A stretch of DNA of 64,000 nt from Antedon mediterranea (GCF_964355755.1 NC_092673.1:10044001-10108000); one strand, 5' to 3'. Shown: positions 12,848-27,500, numbered from the stretch's first letter. Notes: generated from the letters alone by a model not told the origin. Numbers and translations are program-made.

Positions 12848-13906
12848 ATATGATTAACTAAGAAGATGAGAAAAATCCAATTGTTGTTAAATATTAGTTT
12901 TTATTTGGTTTTATAGGTAGGTTCTATGATATGAATATTGACATTTGACCCTCACAAAGGATTTTTTTTTAATAAGGTGATTGAATAGACACCTATAATC
13001 ATAAAAATGTAATAAAAGATCAAATTATCCTTCAATAAATTTGTTATAACTAGATGGTACGCCATACGATGACGTCATAACATCCGAGAGGTAGAAATTC
13101 TGCATGAATTCATTTCTACAATTTATCTTCTTGCATAATAAGTTAAAAAAAAAAAAACATGATTTTCGTACTCCGTGCGCACCATACGCGCGTGGGAATT
13201 TTTGTCATGATCAGCGTAGAAAGTTGATTAGAAATTATTTTTGCGCATTTTAAAATTTTAAATGCACGTGCGCGCGTAACTTCTTGTAAAACATGCCATT
13301 TTTAATCCATAGAAAGTTTGCCCTTGATATAACTTAAATTTTCACTAAGTGTCAATTCAAAATTACTTTTATCTTTTATCCTATGATCAATCATTGAAAT
13401 TCATAAAATCGCGCGTAATTCACGTTGCGCAACTTTGACGTCATTCAAAATATGGAGGTGCACAACTTCAGATAAATATCTATATGATGACCAAGTTATA
13501 AAATCTTATGTTGACAAGGATGAGAGATATGCATGCAACAAAATTCCGGGAAAGAAAGAAGAATAAAGAAGATGAAAAAAAAAAAAGATATTTACAATAA
13601 CAAGGGTTATCCGCAACTTCAAAAGTTGCGGATAACCAAAAAAGATGAAACAGGACAGTTCCAAGGAGTTATCCGCTGAATGCGGATAACTAATAAAAAG
13701 ATGATGTTGATGATGATGATTTCGTACAATCACAAGAGGTTATCCTGCAATTTCGTTGCGGATAACCAACTAGACATGTAACTCGTCACTTTGACGAGTT
13801 AGTTATCCGCACGACAAACGCCACGCGCACGTCATACGTTGGAATTTTGTACACGGAAAAAGATTATGGCATTATGACCTGAACTGAAGAGTATCATATG
13901 CTGTTA

Positions 13907-16400
13907 AGGCCGGTGCACACCAAACGCGAAGCCGCGAATTTCGCGTTAAAATGTGACGCACGCGGCAGGCGACGGACGCTTCCAGTGTGAACATACAAGC
14001 GAACAGTGTACGATAAGTCGAATTTCAACTTCAACGCGTTGAAAACGACAGCAGCGAAGGCTTCGCACGCGAATTTTCAAAAGTTGAACCGTGGTCAACT
14101 TTTTGAGGCGTCGCGAGCGCGGTTCGCGTTCGTCAACCAATCAGAAGCCAGGAATATCTCTCATCGACGACACCGACGGCAAAAAAATGGTGGCTGACGT
14201 GACGAGCGAGGTCTTTATGGAAATACTTTGTCATTACCCTTCTTGTCTTTACGATAAGGGAAGTAAGTCATACACAGACAGAAACATAAGGATTAATGCA
14301 TGAAGACAATAATTTTAGACAAACATAACATCTGTGTAGAAGAATGCCAGAAAAACTAGGCCTAAAACGCGTCAGAGATCAATTTGTAAAGTGAGTTGGC
14401 AAGCCTTCTATTCTATTTCTAGCCTACCTAGGCCTAGCTTTAGGCCATACTAGCGCCTAGCTAGGCCTAGGCCTACCTAGGCTAGGCTACATATACCCTA
14501 GTAGGCTAGGCTATGCCAAGTAGTACTTATAGGCCTACATAATACTTACTAATCCCTACTAGTCTACTATGTGCTAGGCCAGGCCTAGCCTAGGTTAAGC
14601 CTACTACTAAATATGAGTACAGTACTACTAGGCCTCTAGGCCTAGCCTACTTATTATTATTAATTAATATTTATAGGCCTAATATTTAGTTGATTTAGTG
14701 TTGTAAGGCTAGGATAGGCCTAGTAGTAATATTAATACATAAATACTGTTGTTTTTGTTTCTTTTAGGTCAATTAGATGAACATTGATAAATGGGATCCT
14801 TCAGGCTATTACCAGCGTCCTACAAACTCCACCAATGACCAAGCTAGTAGTTTAAGCGGCCAGTATATTATTGCCATGGAATTAACAGCAATTGCTCCTC
14901 AAAAACGTGGACTGGCAATTATGAGGCTGATACAGGTTTGTATAGACTTTTTTCAAATGGGTATGTCAGTTGGTGACACACATTGGCCAGAAAAAATGAT
15001 TTGAGCAATATGCCTTACTATAGCAATTTATTAATACTTGTTTCATTTTTTTTTTTTTAGAAAATGGAAGAGATTAAGGAGGAGTTGGACTGTAACTAGT
15101 ATTTATTAAGTGGTTATAAAAGGAAAGCTGAACTGAATGTCTTTTTTTAGCAATAGAGAACACATCGAAATATAATATGTATATGTTTTGTTATACTCCA
15201 ATACTAAAAAAAATAGTCAAATTGGCATTTTTTTCATTTTATAAGTGAAAACATAAGTTTTTTGGGGTTTTTTTTCTATGCAAGTGATTAACTTTGTTAA
15301 AACTACAAAATGGCCTATTCAAATTTGATTTTAATCATCATTTTTCATGATTCTATGGGACAATACATCTTTAAGTTTAGTGACATTTTTTGGACAAGAT
15401 ATATTGTCTTCCTGAAAATATAATTTAAAACATTTTCGTTGTGTGTAATACAGTATAACACTTTAGGGTTAGTTATTCACTTTTTACAATAATAATATTT
15501 CTTCAATTTTCATTTTTTTTGGGATGATACATTTTTAATTTATTATTTTGATATTATTTTGCAAAAGTATTCAGGAGTAGTAAAAAAGAAAATCTGGTTG
15601 ATATTTAATAATACCTTTAAAAACAATGATTCACTATTTCAATAAGTGTATTTATGTGAAAAAAAAGTCATAAGATAATATACAGTGTAAATATGAGTTT
15701 GGGATATTTATTGCATTTAATCAAATGAGAATAAAACTGTATGTTTTGTCATGAATAATATAATATTTAATAATAATTAGAAAATAAATGTGACAACTTT
15801 ACATTAATATATAGGCCTATAGTTTATATTTTGAAAGTGACAAACCCATGAAGATTCCCAGTTCGTGTTTATATGAAATGTTTTATATGGTTATAATAAC
15901 CTCTGTTGAAAGATATTTGTAACGCCACTAATAAATACAGTCAGCAGATCACATGTACGTGTAATCAACATGCAATAAATGCTTTAATTCTTGTAACTGT
16001 ATTGATATTGGATACATCTTCTTCTGTCCTTGTGATATATACATACAATCATGCACATTTCAGGCTTTGGAAAAGGATAACATTTTCCCACCAAAACCAA
16101 ACACTGTGATTGGTGTAACCAGGGAAGAGTTAAATTACATTTTAATTTAACTCTTCTCTGGTTAAACTTACATAGGAAATACTTCAGAGTCATCTTCTCT
16201 GATTATTTTAAATGTAGCATTGTATTATTGGCCAACCCACTATCTCCTAGGCCTAGCAATCGCGACGAATCAGCACATCGTGACGCGTTTAGTGGGAACC
16301 GACAAGAAAAACTAATAGACGCATGACAATTCAACTTTCAAAGCGATCCGTCGAATGACGCATGACGCTTCGCGGCTTCGCGTTTGGTGTGCACCGGCCT
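13907..16400 (+). mobile_element. PIF/Harbinger DNA transposon, internally deleted
   Basis: 32-bp perfect TIR aggccggtgcacaccaaacgcgaagccgcgaa with TTA TSD (13904-13906, 16401-16403). The empty site gttagtgctgaa is seen in other array units. It carries a MADF remnant. Confidence 0.92.
14187..14390 (+). pseudogene. MADF/Myb-SANT DNA-binding accessory protein of Harbinger, first exon, disrupted
   Basis: MVADVTSEVFMEILCHYPSCLYDKGSKSYTDRNIRINA*(W)R...VEECQK...KRVRDQFVK, then a gtgagt donor at 14391. This fits the MADF pattern P.LYD....Y.D.....AW...C..KW..LRD.F. CCAAT box at 14137. Confidence 0.75.
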
Positions 16401-19400
16401 TTAGTGCTGAATTCTGTCAATTTTGTGTCATATAGTATATACAGTGCAAACGGTATAATCTGTATACATGTTAAATACAGTGTAGAATAGGTGAAATTAC
16501 GGGACCCCCCGTTTATTCTTATTTTTAACATGGCGACGGTATCAAAATGAAACACTAAGATAGCAATTTCGGAAGGACATTATCTCAGCAATCGCATATT
16601 ACCGTGTAGAAGAAATTTGAATACGTAAAATATAGATGCACGCCCTTTTAAATGTGATGAACTATTACAAAAAATATGAAAATACGACTTTTATTATTCA
16701 ACTGGCCATATGATGACATCACAACCTCGGATTGGAAAAATGTTCACATGAATTCGTATCTACAATCCAATAGCTTCCAGGAAACATTTTAATCATGATT
16801 ATCACTTTTTGTTCTGACGAGCTATAACAGATTGAAATTTACTGTAAAGATGAAAATAATTGACCCACGTTATTTACGTTTTTAGACATGATGACGTAAT
16901 AAAAATTAAAATATTTTTAACTCATGCGAAAGATAGTTGATTGATCTAGACAATATCATAATCAGGGTGAAAATGGAAAACGGATAAGTAGAGATGCGCT
17001 CTATTAAATGTGATGAGCTACGACGAAAGATACAAAAATCCTATATTTTAGATACGCGTGGCCATACGATGACGTCACAATGTCCGGTTAGCCATATTAA
17101 TACATGATCCAATATCTATCACTCATCAACTTCAAGAATATGTCATCCACAAAAAATTGACCGTCCAGTTTAGAAATTACGACTGTTTAAAAAAAGGCAT
17201 AATTTTGACAAATTTTGACGAATTATTTAACTTTTTCATCAAAAACTCGCGAAAATTATCCAATTCTACGTGCCCGTATGACGTGATTTTAAGTCGAAAT
17301 TGTTTAAAAGTTTGTAAAATTACTAGAAAAGGCTGGAAAAACATAAATCACGCGAAATAAAAAGTGTTTTGCGCTACGTGAGCCCGCGTGCGTAAAAAAA
17401 TTGCTCGCGCCTGGAAATTTTTGACATGCTTAAAATGACATGAAACGCGTAGAAAGTTGATTAGAAATTGATTTTTCGCATTTTGAAATTTTAAACGCGC
17501 GTGCGCGCCTAACTTCGTGTGAAACATGTCATTTTTTTACACATAAAGTTAGCGCATGATATAAATTAAACTTATGCTAAGTTTCATTTGAAATTGTTAT
17601 ATGGTTTTCGATCTATGTTAAATACGCGAAAAACGTAAAAACGCGCGTAAGTCACGTTGTGTAACTCTGACGTCATTCACAATAAGAGGTGCACAACTTC
17701 ACGCGAATGCCCATATGTTGACAAAGTTATGAAATGTTATGTTTACATGTTTTAGAGATACGCTCTGCACAAAAATGACAGAAAGAAAGAAGAATACAGA
17801 ACTAGACATGTAACTCGTCACTTTGACGAGTTAGTTATCCGCACGACAAACGCCACGTGCACGTCATACGTTGGAATATTCCACACAGAAAAAGATTATG
17901 GCATTATGACCTGAACTGATGAATATGATAATAGTTGTTAGTGCTGAATTCTGTCAATTTCGTGTCATATAGTATATAGTACAAACAGTATAATCTGTAT
18001 ATATATTATATACAGTGTAGAATAGGTGAAATTACGGGACCCGCCATTTATTTCAATTTTTAACATGGAGACGGTATCAAAATGAAACACTAAGGTAGCA
18101 ATTTCGGAAGCAAATTATCTCGGCAACAACATATTAATGTGTAGAAAAAATTAAAATACGTAAAATATTGATGCGCGCTCTTTTAAATGTAATGAATTAT
18201 GACGCAAAAGATGAAAATACGACTTTTTTTATTTAACTGGCCATATGATGACGTCACAACATCCGATTGGCAAAATTTTCACATGATTTCCTATCTGCAA
18301 TCAAATAGCTTCTAGAAAACGTTTTAATCGTGATTATCAGATTTTATTCTTACAAGCTATAACAGATTAAAATTTACTGTAAAGATGAAATTAATGCCAC
18401 ACGTAATTTAAATTTTTAGGCATGATGACGTAACAAAAATTAAAAAAAATTTAATTCATGCGAAAGATAGTTGATTGACCTACACAATATTAAAATCGGG
18501 GTGAAAATGGAAAACGAATAAGTGGAGAAGCGCTCTATTAAATGTGATGAGCTATGAAGAAAGATACAAAAATCCTAAATTGTATATTCGCGTGGCCACA
18601 CGATGACGTCACAATGTCCGGTTAGCCATATTAATACATGATCCGATATCTACAACTCATCAACTTCCAGAAAATGTCATCCACAAAAAGTTGACCGTGC
18701 AGTTTAGAAATTACGACTGTTTAAAAAAAGGCATAACTTTGACGAATTTTTGAACTTTTTCATAAAAAACGCGTGCAAATTGTCCAATTCGACGTGCTCG
18801 TATGACGTAACTTTAAGTCGAAATTGTTTAAAAGTTGGTAAAATTACTAGAAAAGGCTGGAAAAACATAAATCACGTGAAAAAATTATGTTTTCAACGCT
18901 ACGTGCGCACCGCACACGTTAAAAATTGCGCACGCGTGGGAATTTTTGACATGCTTAAAATTACATGAAACGCGTAGAAAGTTGATTATAAATTAATTTT
19001 GCGCATTTTGAAATTTTAAATGCGCGTGCGCGCGTAACTTTGTGTAAAACACGCAATTTTTTTTCAACAGAAAGTTAGCGCATGATATAAATTAAACTTT
19101 TGAAAAGTTTCAATTTAAAATGTTATTTGGTTTTTGACCTATGTTAAATACGAGAAAATCGTTAAATCGCGCGTAAGTCACGTTGCGCAATTGTAAACAT
19201 CCTGAAAAGGTTCGCTGCACAACTTCATATGAATGAAGATATGTTGAGAAAGTTACGAAATGTTATGTTTGCAAGTTTTACAGATACGGGTGACACAAAA
19301 TTTACAGAAAGAAAGAAGATAAAGACTAGACATGTAACTCGTCACTTTGACGAGTTAGTTATCCGCACGACAAAGGCCACGTAGACGTCATACGTTAGAA

Positions 19401-22400
19401 TATTGCACACAGAAAAAGATTGTGGCAATATGACCTGAACTGAAGAATATGATATGTTGTTATTGCTGAATTCTGTTATTTTGTGTCATATCATATATAC
19501 AATAAAATCTGTATACATATTACATACTGTGTAGAATAGGTGAAATGACTGGACCCGCCATTTATTCCAAAATTTTTAACATAGCGACGGTATCAAAATG
19601 AAACACTAAGATAGCAATTTCGGAAGGAAATTATCTCGGCAACAACATATTAATGTGTAGAAGAAATTTAAATATGTAAAATATTGATGCGCGCTCATTT
19701 AAATGTGATGAATTATGACGCAAAAGATGAAAATACGACTTTTTTTATTTAACTGGTCATATGATGACGTCACAACATCCGATTGGCAAAATGTTTACAT
19801 AAATTCGTATCTACAATCCAATAGCTTCCAGAAAACGTTTTAATCATGATTATCACGTTTTATTCTGACGAGCTATAACAGATTGAAATTTACTGTAAAG
19901 ACGAAAATAAGTTACCCACGTTATTTACATTTTTAGACATGATGACGTCATAAAAATTAAAATATTTTTAACTCATACAAAAGATAGTTGATTGACCTAG
20001 ATAATATAAAAATCGTGGTAAAAATAGAAAACAGATAATTGGAGATGCGCTCTATTAAATGTCATGCGCTATGATGAAAGATACAAAAATCCTATATTTT
20101 ATATTCGCGTGGCCATACGATGACGTCACAATGTCCGGTTAGCCATATTATTACATGATCCGATATCTACACCTCATCAACTTCAAGAATATGTCATCCA
20201 CAAAAAGTTGACCGTCTAGTTTAGAAATTACGACTGTTTAAAAAAAGGCATAATTTTGACAAATTTTAACGAATTTTTTACCTTTTTCATCAAAAACCCA
20301 CGTAAATTATCCAATTCGACGTGCCCGTATGACGTAATTTTAAGTCTAAATCGTTTAAAAGTTGGTAAAATTACTACAAAAGGCTGGAAAAACATAAATC
20401 ACGTGAAAAAAATTGTTTTCAACGCTACGTGCGCACGGCGCGCGTAAAAAAATGCGCACGCGTGGGAATTTTTTACCTGCTCAAAATGACATGAAACGCG
20501 TAGAAAGTGGATTAAAAATTGATTTTTCGCGTTTTGAAATTTTAAACGCGCGTGCGCGCGTAACTTCGTGTAAAACATGCCATTTTTTTTACAAAGTCAG
20601 TTAGCGCAAGATATAACTAAAACTTTTGTTAAGTTTCAATTTAAATTGTTATATGGTTTTCGATGTATGTTAAATACGCGAAATTCGTTAAAACGCGCGT
20701 AATTCATGTTGTGCAATTCTGACGTCATTCAAAAATAGAAAAGCACAACTTCAGGTGAATACCCATATGTTGACAAAGTTATGAAATGTTAACTTTACAC
20801 GTTTTTGAGATATGCTCTGCACAAAAATGACAGAAAGAAAGAATAATACAGAAAAAAAAAAAAAAAGATGATGAAACAGGACAGTTACAAGGAGTTATCC
20901 GCTGAGTGCGGATAACTAAAAAAAAAGATGATGATTTCGTACAATCACAAGGAGTTATCCTGCAACTTCGTTGCGGATAACTAACTAGACATGTAACTCG
21001 TCACTTTGACGAGTTAGTTATCCGCACGACAAACGCCACGTGCACGTCATACGTTGGTATATGGCACACAGAAAAAGATTATGGCATTATGACCTGAACT
21101 GAAGAATATGATATGTTGTTGGTGCTGAATTCTGTCAATTTTGTGTCATATAGTATACACAGTATAATCTGTATACATATCACATACAGTGTATAAGAAT
21201 AGGTGAAATTACGGGACCCGCTATTTATTGCAATTTTTAACATTTTGACGGTTTCAAAATGAAACGCAAATGTAGCAATTTCGGAAGGAAATTATCTCAG
21301 CAACAACATATTAACGTGTAGAAGAAATTTTAATACGTAAAATATAGATGCGCGCTCTTTTAAATGTGATGAACTATAACGCAAAAGGTGAAAATACGAC
21401 TTCTTTTATTTAACTGGCCATATGATGACGTCACAACATCCGATTGGGAAAATGTTCACATGATTTTGTATCTACAATCCAATAGCTTCCAGAAAGCGTT
21501 ATAATCGTGATTATCACATTTTATTCTTACGAGCTATAACAGATTAAAATTTACTGTAAAGATGAAATTAATGCCACACGTAATTTAAATTTTTAGGCAT
21601 AATGACGTCATAAAAATTAAATTATTTTTAACTCATGCGAAAGATAGTTGATTGACATAGACAATATCAAAATCGGGGTGAAAATGGAAAACGGATAAGT
21701 GGAGATGCGCTCTATTAAATGTGATGAGCTATGACGAAAGATACAAAAATCCTAAATTTTATATTCGCGTGGCCATACGATGACGTCACAATGTCCGGTT
21801 AGCCATATTAATGCATGGTCTGATATCTACAACACATTAACTTAAAGAATATGTCATCCACAAAAAGTTGACCGTGTAGTTTAGAAATTATGACTGTTTA
21901 AAAAAAGGTATAATTTTGACAAATTTTGACGAATTTTTGAACTTTTTCATCAAAAACGCACGTAAATTATCCAATTCGACGTGCCCGTATGACGTAATTT
22001 TAAGTTGAAATTGTTTAAAAGTTGGTAAAACTACTAGAAAAGGCTGGAAAAACATAAATCATTTGAAAAAATTATGTTTCAACGTTACGTGCGCACAGCG
22101 CGCGTAAAACTTTGAGCGCACGTGGGAATTTTTGACACGCTCAAAATGACATGAAACGCGTAGAAAGTTGATTAGAAATTGATTTTTCGCATTTTTAAAT
22201 TTTAAACGCGCGTGCGCGCGTAACTTCTTGTATGACATGCCATTTTTTTAGCACAAAAAGTTAGCGCATGATATAAATTAAACTTTTGCTAAGTTTCAAT
22301 TTAAATTGTTATATGGTTTTCAATCTATGTTAAATACGCGAAATCGATAAATACGCGCGTAAGTCACGTTGCGCAACTCTGACGTCATTAAAAAATAGGT

Positions 22401-22541
22401 GGTGCACAACTTCACGTGAATGCGCATATGTTGACAAAGTTATGAAATGTTATGTTTACAAGTTTTAGAGATACCCTCTGCACAAAAATGACAGAAAGAA
22501 AGAAGAATACAGAAAAAAATGATGAAACAGGACAGTTACAA

Positions 22542-24557
22542 TAGGTATCCCAATGAAGCGGATTTTCGTTACCGCGATTTTAACACGTTCGTGAAATTTC
22601 AAAAAGTGACGTGTCTTTGAAGTTAAAAATATACTATTTCTGATATACACATGTGAATAAAAATTATATGTCTGGAAAGATCTTGTTTAAGGGATTATTT
22701 TTATATATTTTTAATCTATGTTTATTAAATATTTTAATAGAAAACGCAAGTTAAAAATGAGGTACAAAAGCCGGCGAGCCGAAATCCGCGCGCTAAAAAT
22801 AACTTTGGAAAACACCTACCCATTTTCAAAACACGATCGCACGAGGTCCATAATAGGTGGTGGAGTAATTTTTGTTGCATGTTATCAGGCTTTAAATACT
22901 CTTTATTTTGATATGTAAATCGGTTATTATTATTATGTACATCCGCCTCAAATGTCAATTTTAACGATAAAAATTGAATTTTTTAGTCTTTCTCATTATC
23001 AAAATCTGGCTAATTTAGTATTGAATTGAAGCTAATTTATATTTCTGTTTGATAAACTACATCGTTTTATTTGACTTTGCGTGGACCTCGTGCGAAGAGG
23101 CCAACAAGACCAACCACTGAAAAAAATAATCCCTACCATAAATATCAGTGTTTACCATTTTCCTTACGGGGGGGATTCAGTTCTCTGCTTATTACTAAAT
23201 TATCATCGCCCAGACAATGTGCATGGTATGCATGTATTAGCGCGTTAATTAATGATTGGATAACCCCTGCAGTGGACTGTTCCATTTTCTGAACTAGTCT
23301 TCGCCGCACACGAGGCATGTCGAAAAATGTCGCCTCTCATGCTTCGAAACGTCAGTTTTACCGATTTATTAAATTATTTAATAAGTGGAATATTTATAAA
23401 TCTACTATATAAAGCAAGTACGTTAGGAAGAAATGTACCGAAGAAATTTAAGAAGCTTTGATTTTGCTATGCAGCGGCCGTAAGCCATTCTATGTAGGCG
23501 GCCGAAACGCGCTTTGGCCTGTGTGTTGCCGTTGTATGTCTACGCTGTTTCTAGGCCTAAATTTTATTCCGTATATTTCAATTCAAAGTGCAACTTTCGG
23601 TTAGAATAATCGAAAGGGAAATAAAATTAAACATGCTACAATTATACCATTGAGGTAATTACTTTGTTAAATAAAAAATTTCTTCCCGATATTTCTTAGG
23701 CAGAATTTAGCGTCAGGCTTTTATTTAGACCTTAGCAAGCTAGGGGCCTATCTTAACTTGTAGTAGGCGCGGCCGAGTCTACGTTCGGCCCGGCGCTCCA
23801 AATTGAATCGAACACATAATAAGCACGGGCTTAATTCTTATTTTTGGCGGTTCGAAAATCAATTTAAATAATATATGATTATAAATATAACTTTAAATAC
23901 TAGAATTATTAAAAAAATGTATACTTACGAAAAATAATATTTAATGAAAAGAAACAATACCCACACAGTTTTTTAACGCAATATTTTTTTTTTCACATTT
24001 TAACATTTTTTAACAATATTTTATGTTGTATTTCAGAATTACCTACCTGTCAATATAAATAACCTTACTAAAATACATATTACATTTTATGTAATGCAAA
24101 AAAAAAGAAGTTAATTCACACATTGGTTCAAAAGTTATGAATCATTTAAAGACAGGAACTTTTTGGACATTTTTGAGGCATTGGGAAAATCATGCGTAAA
24201 AAGCCGTCGGACGAATTTTGTAGGGCGATATCTAAAAAAAAAATGTCGAGGACACCCAAAAAAAATTTTTTCTTGTACAACTCTGTTGTATCTATGGGTT
24301 TGGAAAAAATAAGAACTTTAAAATTATTAGTATAAAAGTTATAACCCTTCAAAAATGGGTTCAAATAGAATTAGAAAAAGTGCCATTTTTCAAGCAAAAA
24401 TCACTGTTTTTTGGGCACTTTAACGGACCATAACTTTTGAATGGATAATCCGATTTCAATCATTTAAATTGCAAAAGTTTATGTTCAGTAAGTTCCTTCT
24501 GATTAACTGAAAGAAAAAGTACCATCATTAATTTGAATTTTTACATTGGGATACCTA
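22542..24557. mobile_element. Non-autonomous TIR DNA transposon (hAT- or P-like), 2016 bp
   Basis: 14-bp TIR taggtatcccaatg / cattgggataccta flanked by direct repeat gttacaa (22535-22541, 24558-24564). The empty site gacagttacaaggag is present in other units. Confidence 0.85.
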
Positions 24558-27500
24558 GTTACAAGGAGTTATCCGCTCAATGCGGATAACTAACTAGACA
24601 TGAAACTCGTCACTTTGACGAGTTAGTTATCCGCACGACAAACGCCACGTGCACGCCATACGTTGGAATATTGCACACGGAAAAAGATTATGGCAATATG
24701 ACATGAACTGAAGACTATGATATGTTGTTATTGCTGAATTCTATTATTTTGATTCATATATAGTATACACAGTGTAATCTGTATACATATCACATACAGT
24801 GTAGAATAGGGGAAATTACGGGACCCGCTATTTATTGCAATTTTTAACATGTTGATGGTTTTAAAATGAAACGTGAAGGTAGCAATTTTGGAAGGAAATT
24901 ATCTCGGCAACAACATATTAACGTGTAGAAGAAATTTGAATAGGTGAAATATTAATGCGCGCTCTTTTAAATGTAATGAACTATGACGCAAAATATGAAA
25001 ATACGACTTTTTTTATTTAACTGGCCGTATGATGACGTCACCACATCCGATTGGCAAAATTTTCACATGATTTTGTATCTACAATCCAATAACTTCAAGA
25101 AAACGTTTTAATCGTGATTATCACATTTTATTCTTACGAGCTATAACAGATTGAAATTTACTGTCAAGATGAAATTAATGCCACACGTAATTTAAATTTT
25201 TAGGCATGATGACGTCATAAAAATTAAAATATTTTTAACTCATGCTAAAGATAGTTGATTGACCTAGACAATATCAAAATCGGGGTGAAAATGGAAAACG
25301 GATAAGTGGAGATACGCTCTATTAAATGTGAGGAGTTATGACGAAAGATACAAAAATCCTAAATTTCATATTCGCGTGGCCATACGATGACGTCACAATG
25401 TCCGGTTAGCCATATTAATGCATGATCTGATATCTACAACTCATCAACTTCCAGAATATGTAATAAAAATAATTTTTACCGTTTAGTTTAGAAACTACGA
25501 TTGTTTAAACAAAGGCTTAATTTTGACGAATTTTTGAAGTTTTTCATCAAAAAAGCGTGCAAATTATCATATTCTACGTGCTCGTATGACGTAATTTGAA
25601 GTCGAAATTGTTTAAAAGTTGGTAAAATTACTAGAAAAGGCTGGAAAAACATAAATCACTCGAAAAAATGACGTTTTTAACGCTACGTGTACACCACGCG
25701 CGTAAAAATTTGCGCACGTGTGGGAATTTTTGACATGCTCAAAATGACATGAAACGCGTAGAAAGTTGATTAGAAATTGATTTTTCGCATTGTAAAATTT
25801 TAAACGCGCGTGCGCGCGTAACTTCGTGTAAAACATGCCATTTTTAGTCCACAAAAAGTTAGCGCACGATATAAATTAGACTTTTGCTAAGTTTCAATTT
25901 AAATTGTTATATGGTTTTCGATCTATGTTAAATACGCAAAATTCATAAAAACGCGCGTAAGTCATGTTGCGCAACTCTGACGTCATTCAATTATAGGAAA
26001 GCACAACTTCACGTGATTGCCCATATGTTGACAAAGTTATAAAATGTTAACTTTACACGTTTTAGAGATACGCTCTGCACAAAAATGACAGAAAGAAAGA
26101 AGAACTAGACATGAAACTCGTCACTTTGACGAGTTAGTTATCCGCACGACAAACGCCACGTGCACGTCATACGTTGGAATATTGCACACAGATAAAGATT
26201 ATGGCATTATGACCTGAACTGAAGAATATCATACGTTGTTAGTGCTGAATTCAGTCTATTTTGTGTCATATAGTATATACAGTGCAAACGGTATACTCTG
26301 TATACATGTTACAGGTGAAATTACGAGACCCCCCATTTATTCTTATTTTTAACATGGCGACGGTATCAAAATGAAACACTAAGTTAGCAATTTCGGAAGG
26401 ACATTATCTCAGCAACCACATATTAACGTGTAGAAAATATTTAAATACGTAAAATATAGATGCGCGCCCTTTTAAATGTGATGAACTATTACGCAAAATA
26501 TGAAAATACGCCTTTTTTTATTCAACTGGCCATATGATGACATCACAACATCCGATTGGCAAAATGTTTACATGAATTCGTATCTACAATTCAATAGCTT
26601 CCAGAAAACGTTTTAATCATGATTATCACGTTTTATTCTGACGAGCTATAACAGATTGAAAGTTACTGTAAAGATGAAAATAGTTGACCCACGTTATTTA
26701 CATTTTTAGACATGATGACGTCATAAAAATTAAAATATTTTTAACTCATGCGAAAGATAGTTCATTCACCAAGACAATATCAAAATCAGGTTGAAAATAA
26801 AAAACGGATAAGTGGAGATGCGCTCTATTAAATGTGTTGCGCTATGACGAAAGATATAAAAATCCTATATTTTATATTGCGTGGCCATCCGATGACGTTA
26901 TAATGTCCCATTAGCCATATTAATGCATGATTCCATATCTACAACTCATCAACTTCCAGAATATATAATTAAAAAAAAGTTCACCTCGTAGTTTAGAATC
27001 TATGAATGTTTAAAAAAAGGCATAATTTTGACGAATTTTGACAAATTTTTGAACTTTTTCATCAAAAACGCACGTAAATTATCCAATTGGATGTGCCCGT
27101 ATGACGTAGTTTTAGGTCAAAATTGTTCAAAAGTTGGTAAAATTACTAGAAAAGGCTGGAAAAACATGAATCAGGCGAAAAAAATTTATTTTCAACGCTA
27201 CGTGCGCACCGTGCGAGTAAAAATATGCGCGCGCGTGGGAATTTTTGACATGCTCAAAATGACATGAAACGCGTAGAAAGTTGATTAGAAATTGATTTTT
27301 CGCATTTTGAAATTTTAAACGCCCGTGCGCGCGTAACTTCGTGTGAAACATGCCATTTTTTTTCCACAGTCAATTAGCGCAAGATATAAATTAAATTTTT
27401 GTTAAGTTTCAATTTAAATTGCTATATGGTTTTCGATCTATGTTAAATACGCGAAATTCGTTAAAACGCGCGTAAATCACGTTGCGCAATTCTAACGTCA

